DNA of 64,000 nt from the human T2T-CHM13v2.0 reference genome, Homo sapiens: the NCBI RefSeq assembly GCF_009914755.1, contig NC_060942.1. One strand, 5' to 3'. Within the stretch, counting starts at the first letter, position 1, and every line of letters starts with the position of its first letter. The notes below the pieces were generated by a model. The model saw only the letters and a program-made list of their open reading frames with translations. It was not told the origin of the DNA and made no database searches. Made by a program: the position numbers and the translations under genes. Positions 1-13,924 of the stretch are shown here, piece by piece.

Positions 1-499
1 AGCAATCAAGGATGGTAATGTGGTATGTATTTGTCAGTGCCTATTTGTCATGAAAGCAAAACCCAACAAGTTATATATTTTATTTCATTTTAACTCTGAA
101 AAATATAAATGCCATTTTGCCATGGCCAAATCTATAAATTTCAATAATCCTTTCTTTTTTTTTGAAAAGTGAAGTTTTGGAACTGCAGATTAGATCATTT
201 TACTCTTTTAAAGAATGGAATGCTATTTTATGAAAAACACTGAGATTACAGGACAGATTTATTCCATGGAGGGTCAGATTTACAGCAGGAGGTGATAGGT
301 TTACAGTTTGCTATACAAGAAACACACTATAATTTATTTTCTCTGAAAATACACTTGCATCTTACAGTAGCATGTGCCTCTGATCCCATCCTCATGCCCC
401 CCAAACCAACTGTATTTTTATATTCTTCTTGGGCAAGAGGGCATAAATTTGTTCTTTTTCTCTTTCTTCGTCTTTTTCTCTCATCCTTCTTTTCATCCA

Positions 500-1205
500 T
501 TTATTTATTCATTTACTGTGTTATTTGAGACAGTTTATTGAGCTTCAAAATTGTACCAGGCATGTTAAACTCTAATGATAGAAAAATAAAGAAACCATGA
601 CCTCTGTTCTGAAGCTGATTCTACTTATTTGGGGACAGAGAAAAGTAACCAATTAATACAGTAGGATAGTAAATGGAGTGTGCTTCCATTGGTAAGATTT
701 AAGGGAAGATACCTATCTAGCTCAGTCTTGCTATTTGAAGATTGGGACAGGGGTGGGGAAAGAAAGTCTAGGAAGAGGAACAGGTAAAGGCAAAAGCTGG
801 GAGGATGTTGAGAGTTTAGCCATTGATGAAAGAGCAATTAATTACTTTTATGGTGGGAAGCACAAGAGGTCAAGAGTTGAGACCAATGATTTGAAATGGA
901 GAAGGAAAGATGAGAGACATCCTTATAGGCCAGAGTAAGAGGTCTAAGCTCTGTCCTCCCCGCAGTATGAAGGCTTTTAACAGTTTTAAGCATAATCAAG
1001 TCTGTCTGTAGAAGAAACACTCTGACAGCATTGTAGAGAATTGATGTGAATAGACAAAACCAGTTATGAATCTAATAATTCATTTGGGAGACAGTGATGG
1101 TTTGAGCCAAGGTGGGCATTGGGGATGGAGAAAAGTAAATGGGTTTGGGATGCCTCATAAAGAAAATTACCTGATTTGGAAATAATTTCTAACTAGGGAA
1201 TGAGG
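500..1205 (-). mobile_element. LINE2 (L2) 3' fragment, degraded
   Basis: Antisense L2 3'-end pattern: tttattgagc...gtaccaggcatgtt...ggaagaggaacaggtaaaggcaaaagctggg...gatggtttgagccaaggtggg...ggggatggagaaaagt. Confidence 0.7.
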
Positions 1206-1548
1206 CGTGTTTTTATTTTAACACTTACTCATTCCTTTAAAAGAAAGTTCCAATTTCTGTTTTTGAATTAAGTTGCATTTTCTTTTACTTCTATAAACTG
1301 GGACAAATGATATCAAAAATTCCATTATGATGGACTATCTTGAAAATAAGACTTTAGTGTCCCCTTCTTTCTCTCTTCTTCTTCAGGATAAATGTCACGT
1401 TATTTGTCATATGAGTTAAGATTTTTATCAGCTACTTATAAAATAATATACATGGCATTTTATTTGTTTTGTTAGTTGTTTGTCCCTATTTGTATAGTCA
1501 CTTAAAGGATGCTTACATGACACTTTCTAATGTTCATATTCTCTAATG

Positions 1549-1745
1549 TGGGGGTTAACAAACTTTTTTTTTTTGTTGAGGGCCAAATAGCAAATAATTT
1601 AAGCACTGCAGGCCACATCACAACTCCTCAACTCTGCAAACATAGCACAAAAAGAGCCATAGACAATACATAACAGTAATATTTCATTAACAAAAGCAGG
1701 CGATGGGCTAGATTGGGCCTATAGGCTATGATTTGCTAACTCCTC
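1549..1745 (+). mobile_element. MER58A (hAT-Charlie MITE)
   Basis: ggggttaacaaacttttt...gggccaaatagcaaata...caactctgc...agccatagacaatac...gattgggcctataggctatgatttgctaactcct follows the recalled MER58A consensus end to end. Confidence 0.85.
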
Positions 1746-4026
1746 TAAATCTCATCCATTTATTTCTGTGTTCTGGGTTGCCAGAGAAGGCCTTTGAGAT
1801 CCCTAGGCAATTTCAGCATGAGAAGCTCTGCAGTTCTAAAAGTTTGGAAGGATGATTTTGGAGCTCTGAGTAACGTCTATTGAGACACTTACATTGTCTA
1901 CAACCTTGCTAATGTCAGACAACTTCCCTTGAATACAGGCTAGATAAGGTAGAGTTTTAAATCTTTAAGTTTTTTAATCAAAATTTTAAAATATAGGATG
2001 CAATTTCAACAATATATGTGCTATTACCTTTTTATTTCATTTTACAGTTGAATGTGAGATTTTTTCTTCCCCCTCCCCACCCCTGTCCCGGTATATAGAA
2101 GTCATGCCGTCAGGTTATAACTAGGTTCCTGGCTTTCCTCTGTAAAATAGAAAAAACGTCACCAAAGGGGCCCACTGAGCAGATTCCATACAGAATAAAG
2201 CGATGAGAACAGAAGAACATGCTGCACATGACTGCATCCTTCTGCCTGAATTATAGACTTAGAGCAGTAGGAAAAGGGACTAGATCATTCCTATAGCTAA
2301 CACAGTTTGCATAAACCTGGAAAACTATCACAGATTTGAGACCTGCGACAACATGCCCTTGTTACAAACTTCACAGAAAATTAATGAGATCCCAGCTCTG
2401 ATCTCTTTTCCTCACTTTCACTGTTGTAGGATAGGACCTTGATTACTGGCCTCTCACTTACACTGAAACACAAGACCTCTTGCCCCTTAGAAGCCCATCT
2501 GTTCATACCATTTATGGCCACTGGCTCTTCCTGCTTCTAAGTTTTCCTGAGTTACCTTGATTCCTTCCTCTTGCTCTTCAAAAGCTCTAGCAAAGGCAAA
2601 TTTCCTAAACCTTAGTTTATAGGCCTAGAACTCCCAATTAATTGAAGCTCAACTTTTATATGTAATTATCTTGCTGATGTTACTCCAGACCCAATGTGTG
2701 GAGATTGGACTGCATTTGAACTGTTCATGTTCCACCTCTAATCTGGAAAGAGAGAGTAAGTGTCAATGCAACAGAAGAAGCTTTAATACCCTGGAGGGGC
2801 ATTCAACAAAATGTGACCAGAAATAAAGAATAGATTTTGTATGTGTGGGTGGTGTGTGTTTCAGTATGTGTATGTAGGAACGTTTGAACTTGAATTTTCA
2901 GGGTTAGAAGCTCAGTACATGTAACAATTGTAGTCATTATGGTGAATAATTTCTCTTAATGAGTCTTAGATAATGACATCTTCCCAAAAGGGAAAAGTGA
3001 GGGGTTTGGCAGAAATTGAAAACAGACAAAAGGTGGTGAGTGAGATTTGGGCTTCGCTCAACAAACATTGACTAGGATAAGCTCATCTCGTTCAATGCAA
3101 AGGATTGTCATCCGTGTTTTAATGGTTAGATCAAACTGGGTGAAGTTCGGTTTAATTGGAGAGGAGATTGCATGGAATAAGGTAAAGTGTAAGGTGGGAT
3201 TTTAGAGGCTGTAGATGCCCCTAGATATAGGTGAAATTATTAGGGGGCTGCATTAACTGGGATAGGTACCCCAAGCTCTGGTCTCTCATCAATGCAAAGG
3301 TTTCTGGTCACTGTAAACACATTTTTAAGGGAAGTATTCTAATCTTGAGTTAGCAGGGGTTTTGGCCCAAGATGCAGATGGAAGTTGTCAAGAAAATAAA
3401 CTTGTCCCCCACCTCTATCCTTACCTCCTGTTGATAAACAAACCTATACCACTGGGTTTGTTTATTCTAAAGTGGATAAGCATGTGCTCACTACGAAGGA
3501 AACATTGCCAGCTTCACACTCCAATGACTCTTGGGCCATCTGTCCAGGTATTAAGCATTTTTATTCTTTGCTCTGCCCGCATAAAATGGTGATCGAGGAT
3601 GATCTCTTGGAATCTCCAATCACAGAGTCTTCTGACTGAGGTGATGAAGAAAGGCTCAAGACTCCATGCAGGAGAACTGAAGAACCAGGAATGATGTTCA
3701 AGCTTTAATGCTGGTTAAAGGAGGGTGATTGAACACATGTAAATTGAGTCCCTAATTTTTCAGTGCATTATGCCAGGTGTTGTAAGAAATAAAGATGAGT
3801 AAAATTAGCTCCTCATTTTGGGGAGGTTCTAATAGAACTGGGAGATATGAGACAAATACACAGAATGAGATATAAACCAAGTTAACACGAAGAGTGACTA
3901 TGCAGAAGGGGTGAAAGAAAGAAGATGGGAAAATCACACATTATTCAGAAGAGGCTGGAATGCCAACTACACTTACCCAAGTAGATCCTGAATTCTCAAG
4001 CTTTTGTCAGGACTCATGTAAATTTC

Positions 4027-4403
<377 letters not shown>

Positions 4404-5142
4404 TGAATTTTATGTGGCAAACAATAGTAATTCTATTCCTTTCTTTTCTACTGATATGAAGAAATCATATGAGAGTTTTCAATTATCAAAAATTACATTA
4501 TAATCTTGAATCTGCTCAAACATATTTACAACAAAGATAAATAATTTAAAAATGTGATTATATAGCTATTATTATTATCTATTACTTGTGGCATACCTCA
4601 AAGTTAAATAATCTCACTAATGAAAAGAGTTGAGACAGAAATTTGAAACCTAGGTTTTTTTTTTTTTTTTAGTTTAAAAATAAAAAATCAGAATTGAAAA
4701 GAGTAAAACACTGAATAGTTATGAAATAATACTACTAGCAGTTTTATTTAAAAAATGAGTAGGAGCTATAATCAGCCATAATATTCAAAAATTATCAAAA
4801 ACGTGTATTTTGTTCCTGGATATCATATGAAGTGTAGTTCTAACTATTCATAAACAAATGGACTTGTTATGTAATGGAATAAGCAGTTTGCAATCTAACT
4901 GAAATAATTACATATCAATATTTATCCTCTCTCCTGTCTCCTTTATCTTTTTAATGCCATTGTCACAGCTAAGCATTAGAGAAATAGAAAACAAACAAAA
5001 TCTAGGTCATTGCTGGCAACTGGAGACACAAATAGTTGATATTCCAACTTGAAATTATACAGCCATATTTGGGCATTTGGACATATCTGAAATTTTCCCT
5101 GCTGAATCCAATTCACCAACCCCAATTTGGCCTCAGTGCCTA

Positions 5143-5420
5143 GGAGGCAGCTTGGGGTAATGAAAAGAGCATGAATTTATGAGGAAGACGGTTCTGGGTT
5201 AAATTGTGTTTCATCTCCGAGTTAATTATCCTCTCTGAGTCTCACTTTTTGCTTAAGTGAGTAAGAGTGCCTACCTTTTGCTGAGTATTACACATTTGTC
5301 TTGTATTTGTCTTCTGGAACTTTATACCTGCTAAGTCATTGCATCCTGACAACATTATTTGGAAGTTAAATGAGATAATTTCTACACATTCACATAATAG
5401 GCTTTCCATATATGTTACTT
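5143..5420 (+). mobile_element. MIR SINE, degraded
   Basis: aggcagcttggggtaatgaaaagagcatg...ttatcctctctgagtctcacttttt...ggaagttaaatgagataat. Confidence 0.65.
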
Positions 5421-5639
5421 ACCTTAATTTTACACTTATCTGAAATTAACTCATCAGTATCTGTCCCAATTAGAGAACTATGTAGGTTAATGTAGAAGAA
5501 AAAACTCATTTGCAGGACTGGGCATTGTAACTTCACCTCACGATCAATGTATTTATGGGGCAATAGCCAATGTTTACATCCACTTCTCCTTTACTTTCCT
5601 TAATGCACTTAATCCTCTTTTCACCCATACTTTCTATGA

Positions 5640-6330
5640 TAAACAGGCCTACAGCACCCGTTTGCAGATAAATAAATACGTAAATAAATAAATAAATAGA
5701 TTCCCAGAGCCAGCTTGGAAGAACGGTTGATAGTCTGAACCATTACGGAGGTGAAATTTCATTACACAGATGGTGACATCCCGATGTCTATCATCAAAAC
5801 ACAGCAGGTAGAAACCATCAGCCAGGGCCATTCCCTTCTATAAAATTACACTTATATTAATGTCACTCCGGATTTCATTATGCGGAAAATGATATTGCAC
5901 AGGTCTCCAGCACTAGGGGGGCGGCGGAGGGTGGGGGTGCTAGGGTGGTGAGGGAAGCATAAGGGGCTGGGGTGGGAGAGTGGGAAAAACAACTGTCTGT
6001 GGAGAGACCACGGAAGCTAATTCAGAGGAAGTCTGCCTAGGAATGGCAGATCGAAAAAAAAGAGTATATGCATGTATATATAAATGTATATTTTAAAATT
6101 CCTCGTAGATTCTACTGCCAGTTCATGCTGCTTCTTGATTGACTCGCCGCCAGACGTCCTCCACAGGCCCCTGATGGAATGTTTAAAAGGCCCTCCTGTG
6201 GGAAGCAGGGAGATTTACAGTTAATTTTTATTAATGAAGGATGACAGGCATCTCCATTTAGCCAACAAGATATTACACTGGTCCAAGAAAACGCCCCTGT
6301 ATTTGGAACAAGCATCCTTATCCCATACCC
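5640..6330. promoter_or_regulatory. Candidate cis-regulatory element (CpG-retaining, G-rich, homeobox-rich)
   Basis: No recognisable interspersed repeat; more CpGs than the flanks; G-run tract 5916-5984; TAAT/ATTA cluster ttaatttttattaatga; tgattgac and tgacagg motifs. Confidence 0.4.
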
Positions 6331-6338
6331 CAACCCAC

Positions 6339-6441
6339 CTCTCTCTCTCTCTCTCTTTCATAGACACAGAGTCACAGGCGCACACACACACACACACCCC
6401 ACACCACACACACACACACACGCATGCACACACACACACAC
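6339..6441 (+). repeat. Compound (CT)n and interrupted (CA)n microsatellite
   Basis: ctctctctctctctctct followed by interrupted cacacaca runs. Confidence 0.95.
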
Positions 6442-6729
6442 TCTTAAGCATACACATGGGCACCAGGTAATTAAGAATACAACAAATTAAGAAACAAAGG
6501 AGAATATTTGCTTTTTTATATTCTGGTACTCCCCTATCAAAAGAGAAAGGAAGGAATGGGGATTCTGTGAGTCTGGGGATGGGTGAGTGGTGAGGGTCCG
6601 ATAGCAAATGCTGCTCATTCCTGCTGCTGCTTCCTGTTACTCGTCTGCATTCCTACATCTCAGCCCCCACCCCATATTCATTCCCACTCTAGAGAATTCG
6701 CTGCCATTTCCGAAATGAATTAGGATGCC

Positions 6730-6930
6730 ACATTAGTTTTGTAACTGGCCTAGTTACCCACCCTTGTGCTTCTTTGATTTACTTCTCACCATGCAGCAAG
6801 AATTTTTTTTCGCCATAATCTGTTGCATTTGTTCTCTGATAAAAACCTTCAGGGATTCTTTAGGCTTTCCAGATCAATAAAAATTCCTCAATATGACCAC
6901 CAGGATACCTTATGGTAGGGGTCCTGCCAA
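6730..6930 (+). mobile_element. L2 fragment
   Basis: ctcaccatgcagcaagaattttt...aaaaaccttcagggattct...aaattcctcaatatgaccaccagg. Confidence 0.5.
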
Positions 6931-8054
6931 TATATTCAAGAATTGGTTTATTTAACGTATTAATCTTCAATAATTGGTTTATTTAAATATTTAAATATCT
7001 CTTTTTTAATCCACTAGTTTTTTGGTAGGATACCCCCCTCCCACTCACATAAGTTACTCATTCTTCTAGGCTCAGTCCCACTCTTGTTAATTTCAGGATT
7101 ATCCCCCAACATGATTTTCTTCCTTCTTTAAGTGACCACTGACTATTCACCAGTGTTGGGGATGTATATGACTTATGTCCCCAATAAATTCAAATGTTTG
7201 GCAGTTAAGCTTCATGTCCTATTTTCACCCCAATATGCTGACTCTTTGAGATATGCCACCTTCACCCCTCTAAGCTCACTGAGGAAGTACCCTATCCTGC
7301 AGTGTATGACTTGCTCATATCATCCCTTCCCAAGTGACAGCCATGACAAACAGCCTGGTTTGAATTCTATTCAACCTTAAATCAACTTAAAGAACAGGTC
7401 ATCTCTTATCTTCTTATCATCCCTATGAAACTTTCTTATCCAGTATTTTGACCTCCACTCATCTCTTCTCTATTTGTGTAATATTTATATAGCGTTCCGT
7501 AGAGTTTTAGGTATAACTTAAATTGTTTTTAAGAGATGTATATTTGTCTGTTCTCATTCAGTGGAAAATAACCTCCATTGGCTATAGCATTTTTTAATCC
7601 CTCAGAATACTAATCTCAGAGTAGGCAGTAAATATATGAGGAATTGCTGAAGTGAGGAATGAGTTAACCAATAAACCAATAATAGTGTTCAGTAAGTAAT
7701 AGTTGGACACTTTAAAAAAATTTTAATGAACATATAGACATATATGTATATGTTATATGCATGTTATAAACCTCATTTCCCATTCATATTGTTTTGCAAT
7801 TTTAAGAACCATAATTCTTCTTGTGACCGCTTTTCTGGGGCCACTTCATGCCTCAAGATTAGACAATTATAATATCATTCTCTAACTGTATGGGCTCCTC
7901 AGGTGTTCTTCACGGGGTTCCTTCAGCTCTTTTTCACACTTCTTTTATAGAAAATGGGATGAATTAAATGACCAAAACTAGGAGCTTACTTTTATAATGT
8001 AGGCTACAGAACTTTACAAAATCCAATCGGTATTTAAATAGATGCAAACTTAAC

Positions 8055-8235
8055 TGAAGTTTTCAAACTTCAGGGTACCCACAGATTAATTAACCTGGGT
8101 GTTTGTTGTCCCTCCAATAGAAAACTCACAAATATTTTAGTTCAGTGTGTTTGGAGGCATCTCTTAAATCCCAATTTTAACATGCATGTGATTCTCTGCA
8201 GGTGCTGTGCAAAGCACACTTTAAGAAAAATTAGT
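8055..8235. mobile_element. MER5-family (hAT-Charlie) MITE
   Basis: ttttcaaacttcagggtaccc...ttcagtgtgtttggagg...gtgattctctgcaggtg...cacactttaagaaaa. Confidence 0.55.
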
Positions 8236-9029
8236 TAGAGATCAATTAAATAGAAAGGTATGAGTATGTAAGAGAAATTATTAATCAGCAAAGCTAAACA
8301 CCCACAAGTTTATGCTCCAGTTTCCTCTACTACTGTCTATGGGTCTTTTTCTCCTTCACTAACAAGAAATTCTCAGTTTTAAAGTTTGTATCATTTTATT
8401 CATATCTGCACTCCCCATCAAAAACCAAGGTTATAGAATTAACCACTTTCCTGATGGGAATTTTCATTTGCTAAGTCATATAACATCCAAGCTTTAATTC
8501 CATTAGTTATATTTGATAATACAGTCTGAATGGTTGCAGATGGGTACAATTGGTATCTTCAAATTGTGCTCCTTAATTCAAATTAATCTTCAATTGGTGG
8601 AGCATATGTGCATTTTTTGTCACTGTATTTCTTAACACTAGGCCTGTTCTATTTTGTAAATCTCACATCCGCCTTCCATTACCCAACTCTAAAAACACTT
8701 AGTAGAGAAATGTATACACACAAAAACATGTATACAGACACACACATGCACACACAGATATGCACACACACACACCTCTGACTTCCAAAGAAAAAATTAT
8801 TGTACAATGCCCTAGCCTTAAACCTTACCAAATCCTTGTTGTTGATTATATTTATAAATGGCTTCAAACTTCCCTTAATGTCACTATCATAAAGTCATGC
8901 CTGAGTAAAATATTGAATTGGCACAATATATGCTTTACATTAAAAATTTGATTTGTAGTAATAAACAGCTAATTCAATTAATTTGAATTACACTCCTCAA
9001 CTACGTGAAATCCATGTTAAATTAATTAA

Positions 9030-10595
<1,566 letters not shown>

Positions 10596-10903
10596 TTTTT
10601 TTTTTTTTTTTTTTTTTTTTTTTGAGATGGAATCTCACTCTGTCACCCATGCTGGAGTGCAGTGGCACAATCTCAGCTCACTGCAAGCTCTGCCTTTGGG
10701 TTCACGCCATTCTCCTGCCTCAGCCTCCCGAGTAGCTGGGACTACAGGTGCCTGCCACCACGCCCAGCTAATTTTTTGTATTTTTAGTAGAGACGGGGTT
10801 TCACCATGTTAGCCAGGATGGTCTCAGTCTCCTGACCTCATGATCCGCCTGCCTTGGCCTCCGAAAGTGCTGGGATTACAGGTGTGAGCCATCACACCTG
10901 GCC
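10596..10903 (-). mobile_element. AluY
   Basis: AluY diagnostics gcaagctc, ttcacgccattc, ttagccaggatgg; long pure T tail. Confidence 0.95.
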
Positions 10904-11648
10904 TATATGTCTACCTTTTTAAGCCCTATATGAATACTATTCTGTCAATCACAATGTCCTGATGGTTTGCTTATCAAGCTCCAACCTAGATCAGTAATTA
11001 CATTGAGTTGTTACATTTTTTAAATCTATTTTATAAAACCTTTCTCTTGTTGAATTTGTTCCTCTGTCCCAAATGTTTCCAGTAAACTAAGAGTTATACA
11101 TGGAATACTTATTGAATTCAGGTTCAACATTTTAGACAATAATACTAGGTGTTCCTATAAATGTGGATAATTGATTTTTCAAAAGGGAAAGTTGGAAATT
11201 TTTTTTAATGTCTGGTTTCTGTGTTTGTATAATCCTGTATTTGCTAATTTGGGTTAAAGACTTTACATTTATTTTGATTTTAGAAGTTATGGAAATAAAT
11301 TTTACTGACAGTCTCAAAGCAGATATAAATAATTATTAGTTCAATGGCTGATATAAGAAACTCATTCTGAAGGCAGGGACTAGTCAGAAGCCTTGCCTCT
11401 GGGCCTGAGGACTTGAACCACAGATAAATGGGGATGCTCGCCTCAGAAAAGCTAAATCTGCCCCTTGGTTATATTGGAGACCTTGGTTTGAATATTTCCT
11501 CCACCATTCATAAACCAACATTTCAAAGCAGAGCTGACTCCAGCTGTTTTAAGTTAGAATAGGAAGATGTGCAAGAATAATAAAAAGAATAACATCTATG
11601 CATCCATGAAAATTCAGTGTTACCAAATTATCTTTTTTTTAACACAAA

Positions 11649-11826
11649 CAAGACCAAATCCATTTTTTTGCAAGGAGCAGAGCAAAATTAAAATGCAAGA
11701 TTCCTGTCTTAAAAATTACTGTGAGCCTGAAGACACCAAGAGTAGACCATTAAATTAGGTGTCAGCCCTTGTAAGTTTGGGGTTCTATGTGACTGCACAG
11801 CTTGCACACCCATGAAGTTAGCCCTA
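11649..11826 (-). mobile_element. MER45A (hAT-Tip100)
   Basis: gcaaaattaaaatgcaaga...gactgcacagcttgcacacccatgaagttagccct is the reverse complement of the MER45 terminus. Confidence 0.75.
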
Positions 11827-11829
11827 AAT

Positions 11830-11995
11830 TCATATGACAACCTGAATGATCTCCATTTTGTAAATGAAGAAACTGAGAACAGAAGTGTAAATTGGCTTGC
11901 ATGTGATTATGAAACTAAGGTTGTGAAGCTGCAGAGGGAAGATTTTCTGACTCTAAAGAATGCCTGATAATAAAGCTGAGTTCTAAACTCTATAC
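11830..11995 (-). mobile_element. MIR
   Basis: ctccattttgtaaatgaagaaactgagaacaga...tctgactctaaag (MIR core). Confidence 0.75.
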
Positions 11996-12194
11996 CATGT
12001 AATATAATGTAAAGTGAGGAAAGTAAAGAGGGCATAGGGAAGAAAGAGAGAGTGGGAAAATGATTCTGAATACCCTTGGAGTACTTTGAAATTGTGAGAA
12101 CTAACCATGCATTCGACAGCCAATGGTGAGGAAGCTTGGATGACTCACTAAGGAATTTGGACATGATACTCTAGACCAACATCTTGATTTATGA

Positions 12195-12400
12195 CCTAGT
12201 GATCACTTATATCAGTATCACTTAAGAGTACATGTCAAAAATCAGATTCCTGAGCTCCAAAACACTCATACAGAATCAGAATCCCAGGGCTTTGTCCTGA
12301 GAACATGTACACTTGACAAAATTCTTGAACGATAATCGTGCAGTTTACTCCTCGTTGTCACGCCTGGACTCAAAGTAGATCTGAACTACTCTAGACAGCT
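12195..12400. mobile_element. MER5-family MITE
   Basis: atcagtatcactta...cagattcctgagctcc...gaatcagaatccc. Confidence 0.55.
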
Positions 12401-13924
12401 AGATTTCTAGAGCATAGGTACAACCTCTTTCCAGGTCATGTGAGAAGCCTTATAGTGCAGAAAATGGTAATCACCTTGACATTTCTACAAATGGTTAATA
12501 TTTAAAATATATAGGAAACAAGTAAACATTGAAGAGATAGTGATGATAGAAAAATAAAAAGAGAAATAAATCAGTAAAAGACAACTCAATATTGTATGAG
12601 GGTGTATCTAGTCAAAGGTACTGGTAGGATAGCCAGGCTTTATCATAATTATTTAGAAAGAAATGAAAGGAACAAGACTCCACTAAAAGTGGTATTAGCA
12701 GGAGCAAATTGTACTCCACTGGATTTTGCAGAATTTCCTCTACCACATTGCTCCAAGCTCCATATTAATTTTTTATCATTTTCTTCAAAACATAGCCATT
12801 TTATATTAAATATTTTTATTAAAAAACAGAGAGAAAAAACAAAATAGGTAAATAAAATCACAACAGAGCCTTTTGGTTCATTGCTGCAGAATCTTTTACT
12901 CCATCACTGTGTCTGCCTTTGGAGTTTTCTCCACTCACTGGGGAGAACACAGCGGAGTGTGTTTGTCTGCCCAATGTGGAATCAAACACTCAGCCTCTCC
13001 TTGGAGAGGCTTTGTTGGCAGTCACACATGGATCCGCTCCAGGACCAGCAGATTTCAGGCCCCTGGAGAGATGCAAGATTTGCAAAGGGCAGGGAAGATT
13101 GGCAAAAATATTGACTTTGATATTTCATCACTTCACATTTCCAAAGAGTAGAAATGCACTGACAACTGCACCTTTCTAATCAGATGCTACCAGAGGTTCC
13201 CAGCACAGCACATACTCTAGGGACTGTAATACCAACAAAGCCCCAAACAGAATGATTTATATTAGAGCAAAGTAATCAGCAGCCTTTCTGCTTCTCTCTG
13301 CTTGATTTCTCTTGTTCATCTGTTTGGGTAGCACTTTACAGCTTCCTATTATGGAACTTCTTAACTTCTGGCTATTTTCAGATGTTATTTTGAACTCATT
13401 TGTCTTTTCAGAGTATATATAGCTTCCCTAACTATTAAGATCTGAATGGTGACAAGAAGCACCCCATTTTTTCCCTATCACCTGAGGAGAAATATTAAGT
13501 ATTATTCAGTGCTTGGGAGAATGTATTTGTCTTGGAATTGTATCACCTTGCTTGGGGTTGTGTAATATGAGAGAAGTGGGTTGTGAAGACAAGAAGAAGG
13601 ACATTCAAGGGGTAGTTGGAGGAAAGCAATCAAGATTTCTTTGCATCTAAGTCTTAATTTTTTTTCTTTTTAAGTTTGAGATAGTTTGGTTCATAAAATA
13701 CTGTATCTGATAGACTCAAAAATAATATCTTATTCTGCTAAAAAGTTAGTTTGCCAGTTAGATATGTACAACAGTTTAATTCGTATCTAATCATTTCCTA
13801 ATGTAAGTTACCCTTTTCTGTTTTAGTTAGGTATTATAAAAGCTTGTTGTTTTGTGTGGCTTACTCTGCCAATCATTTCTGTTAAATTTCTTTTAAGATA
13901 TGTGGCTATTATCCTATGCCCCTT

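Noticed and set aside
12873-13179. Three overlapping plus-strand ORFs as a coding exon
   Set aside because: No recognisable protein and no convincing downstream donor; the open frames fit the locally higher GC. Kept only as an RNA-structure candidate
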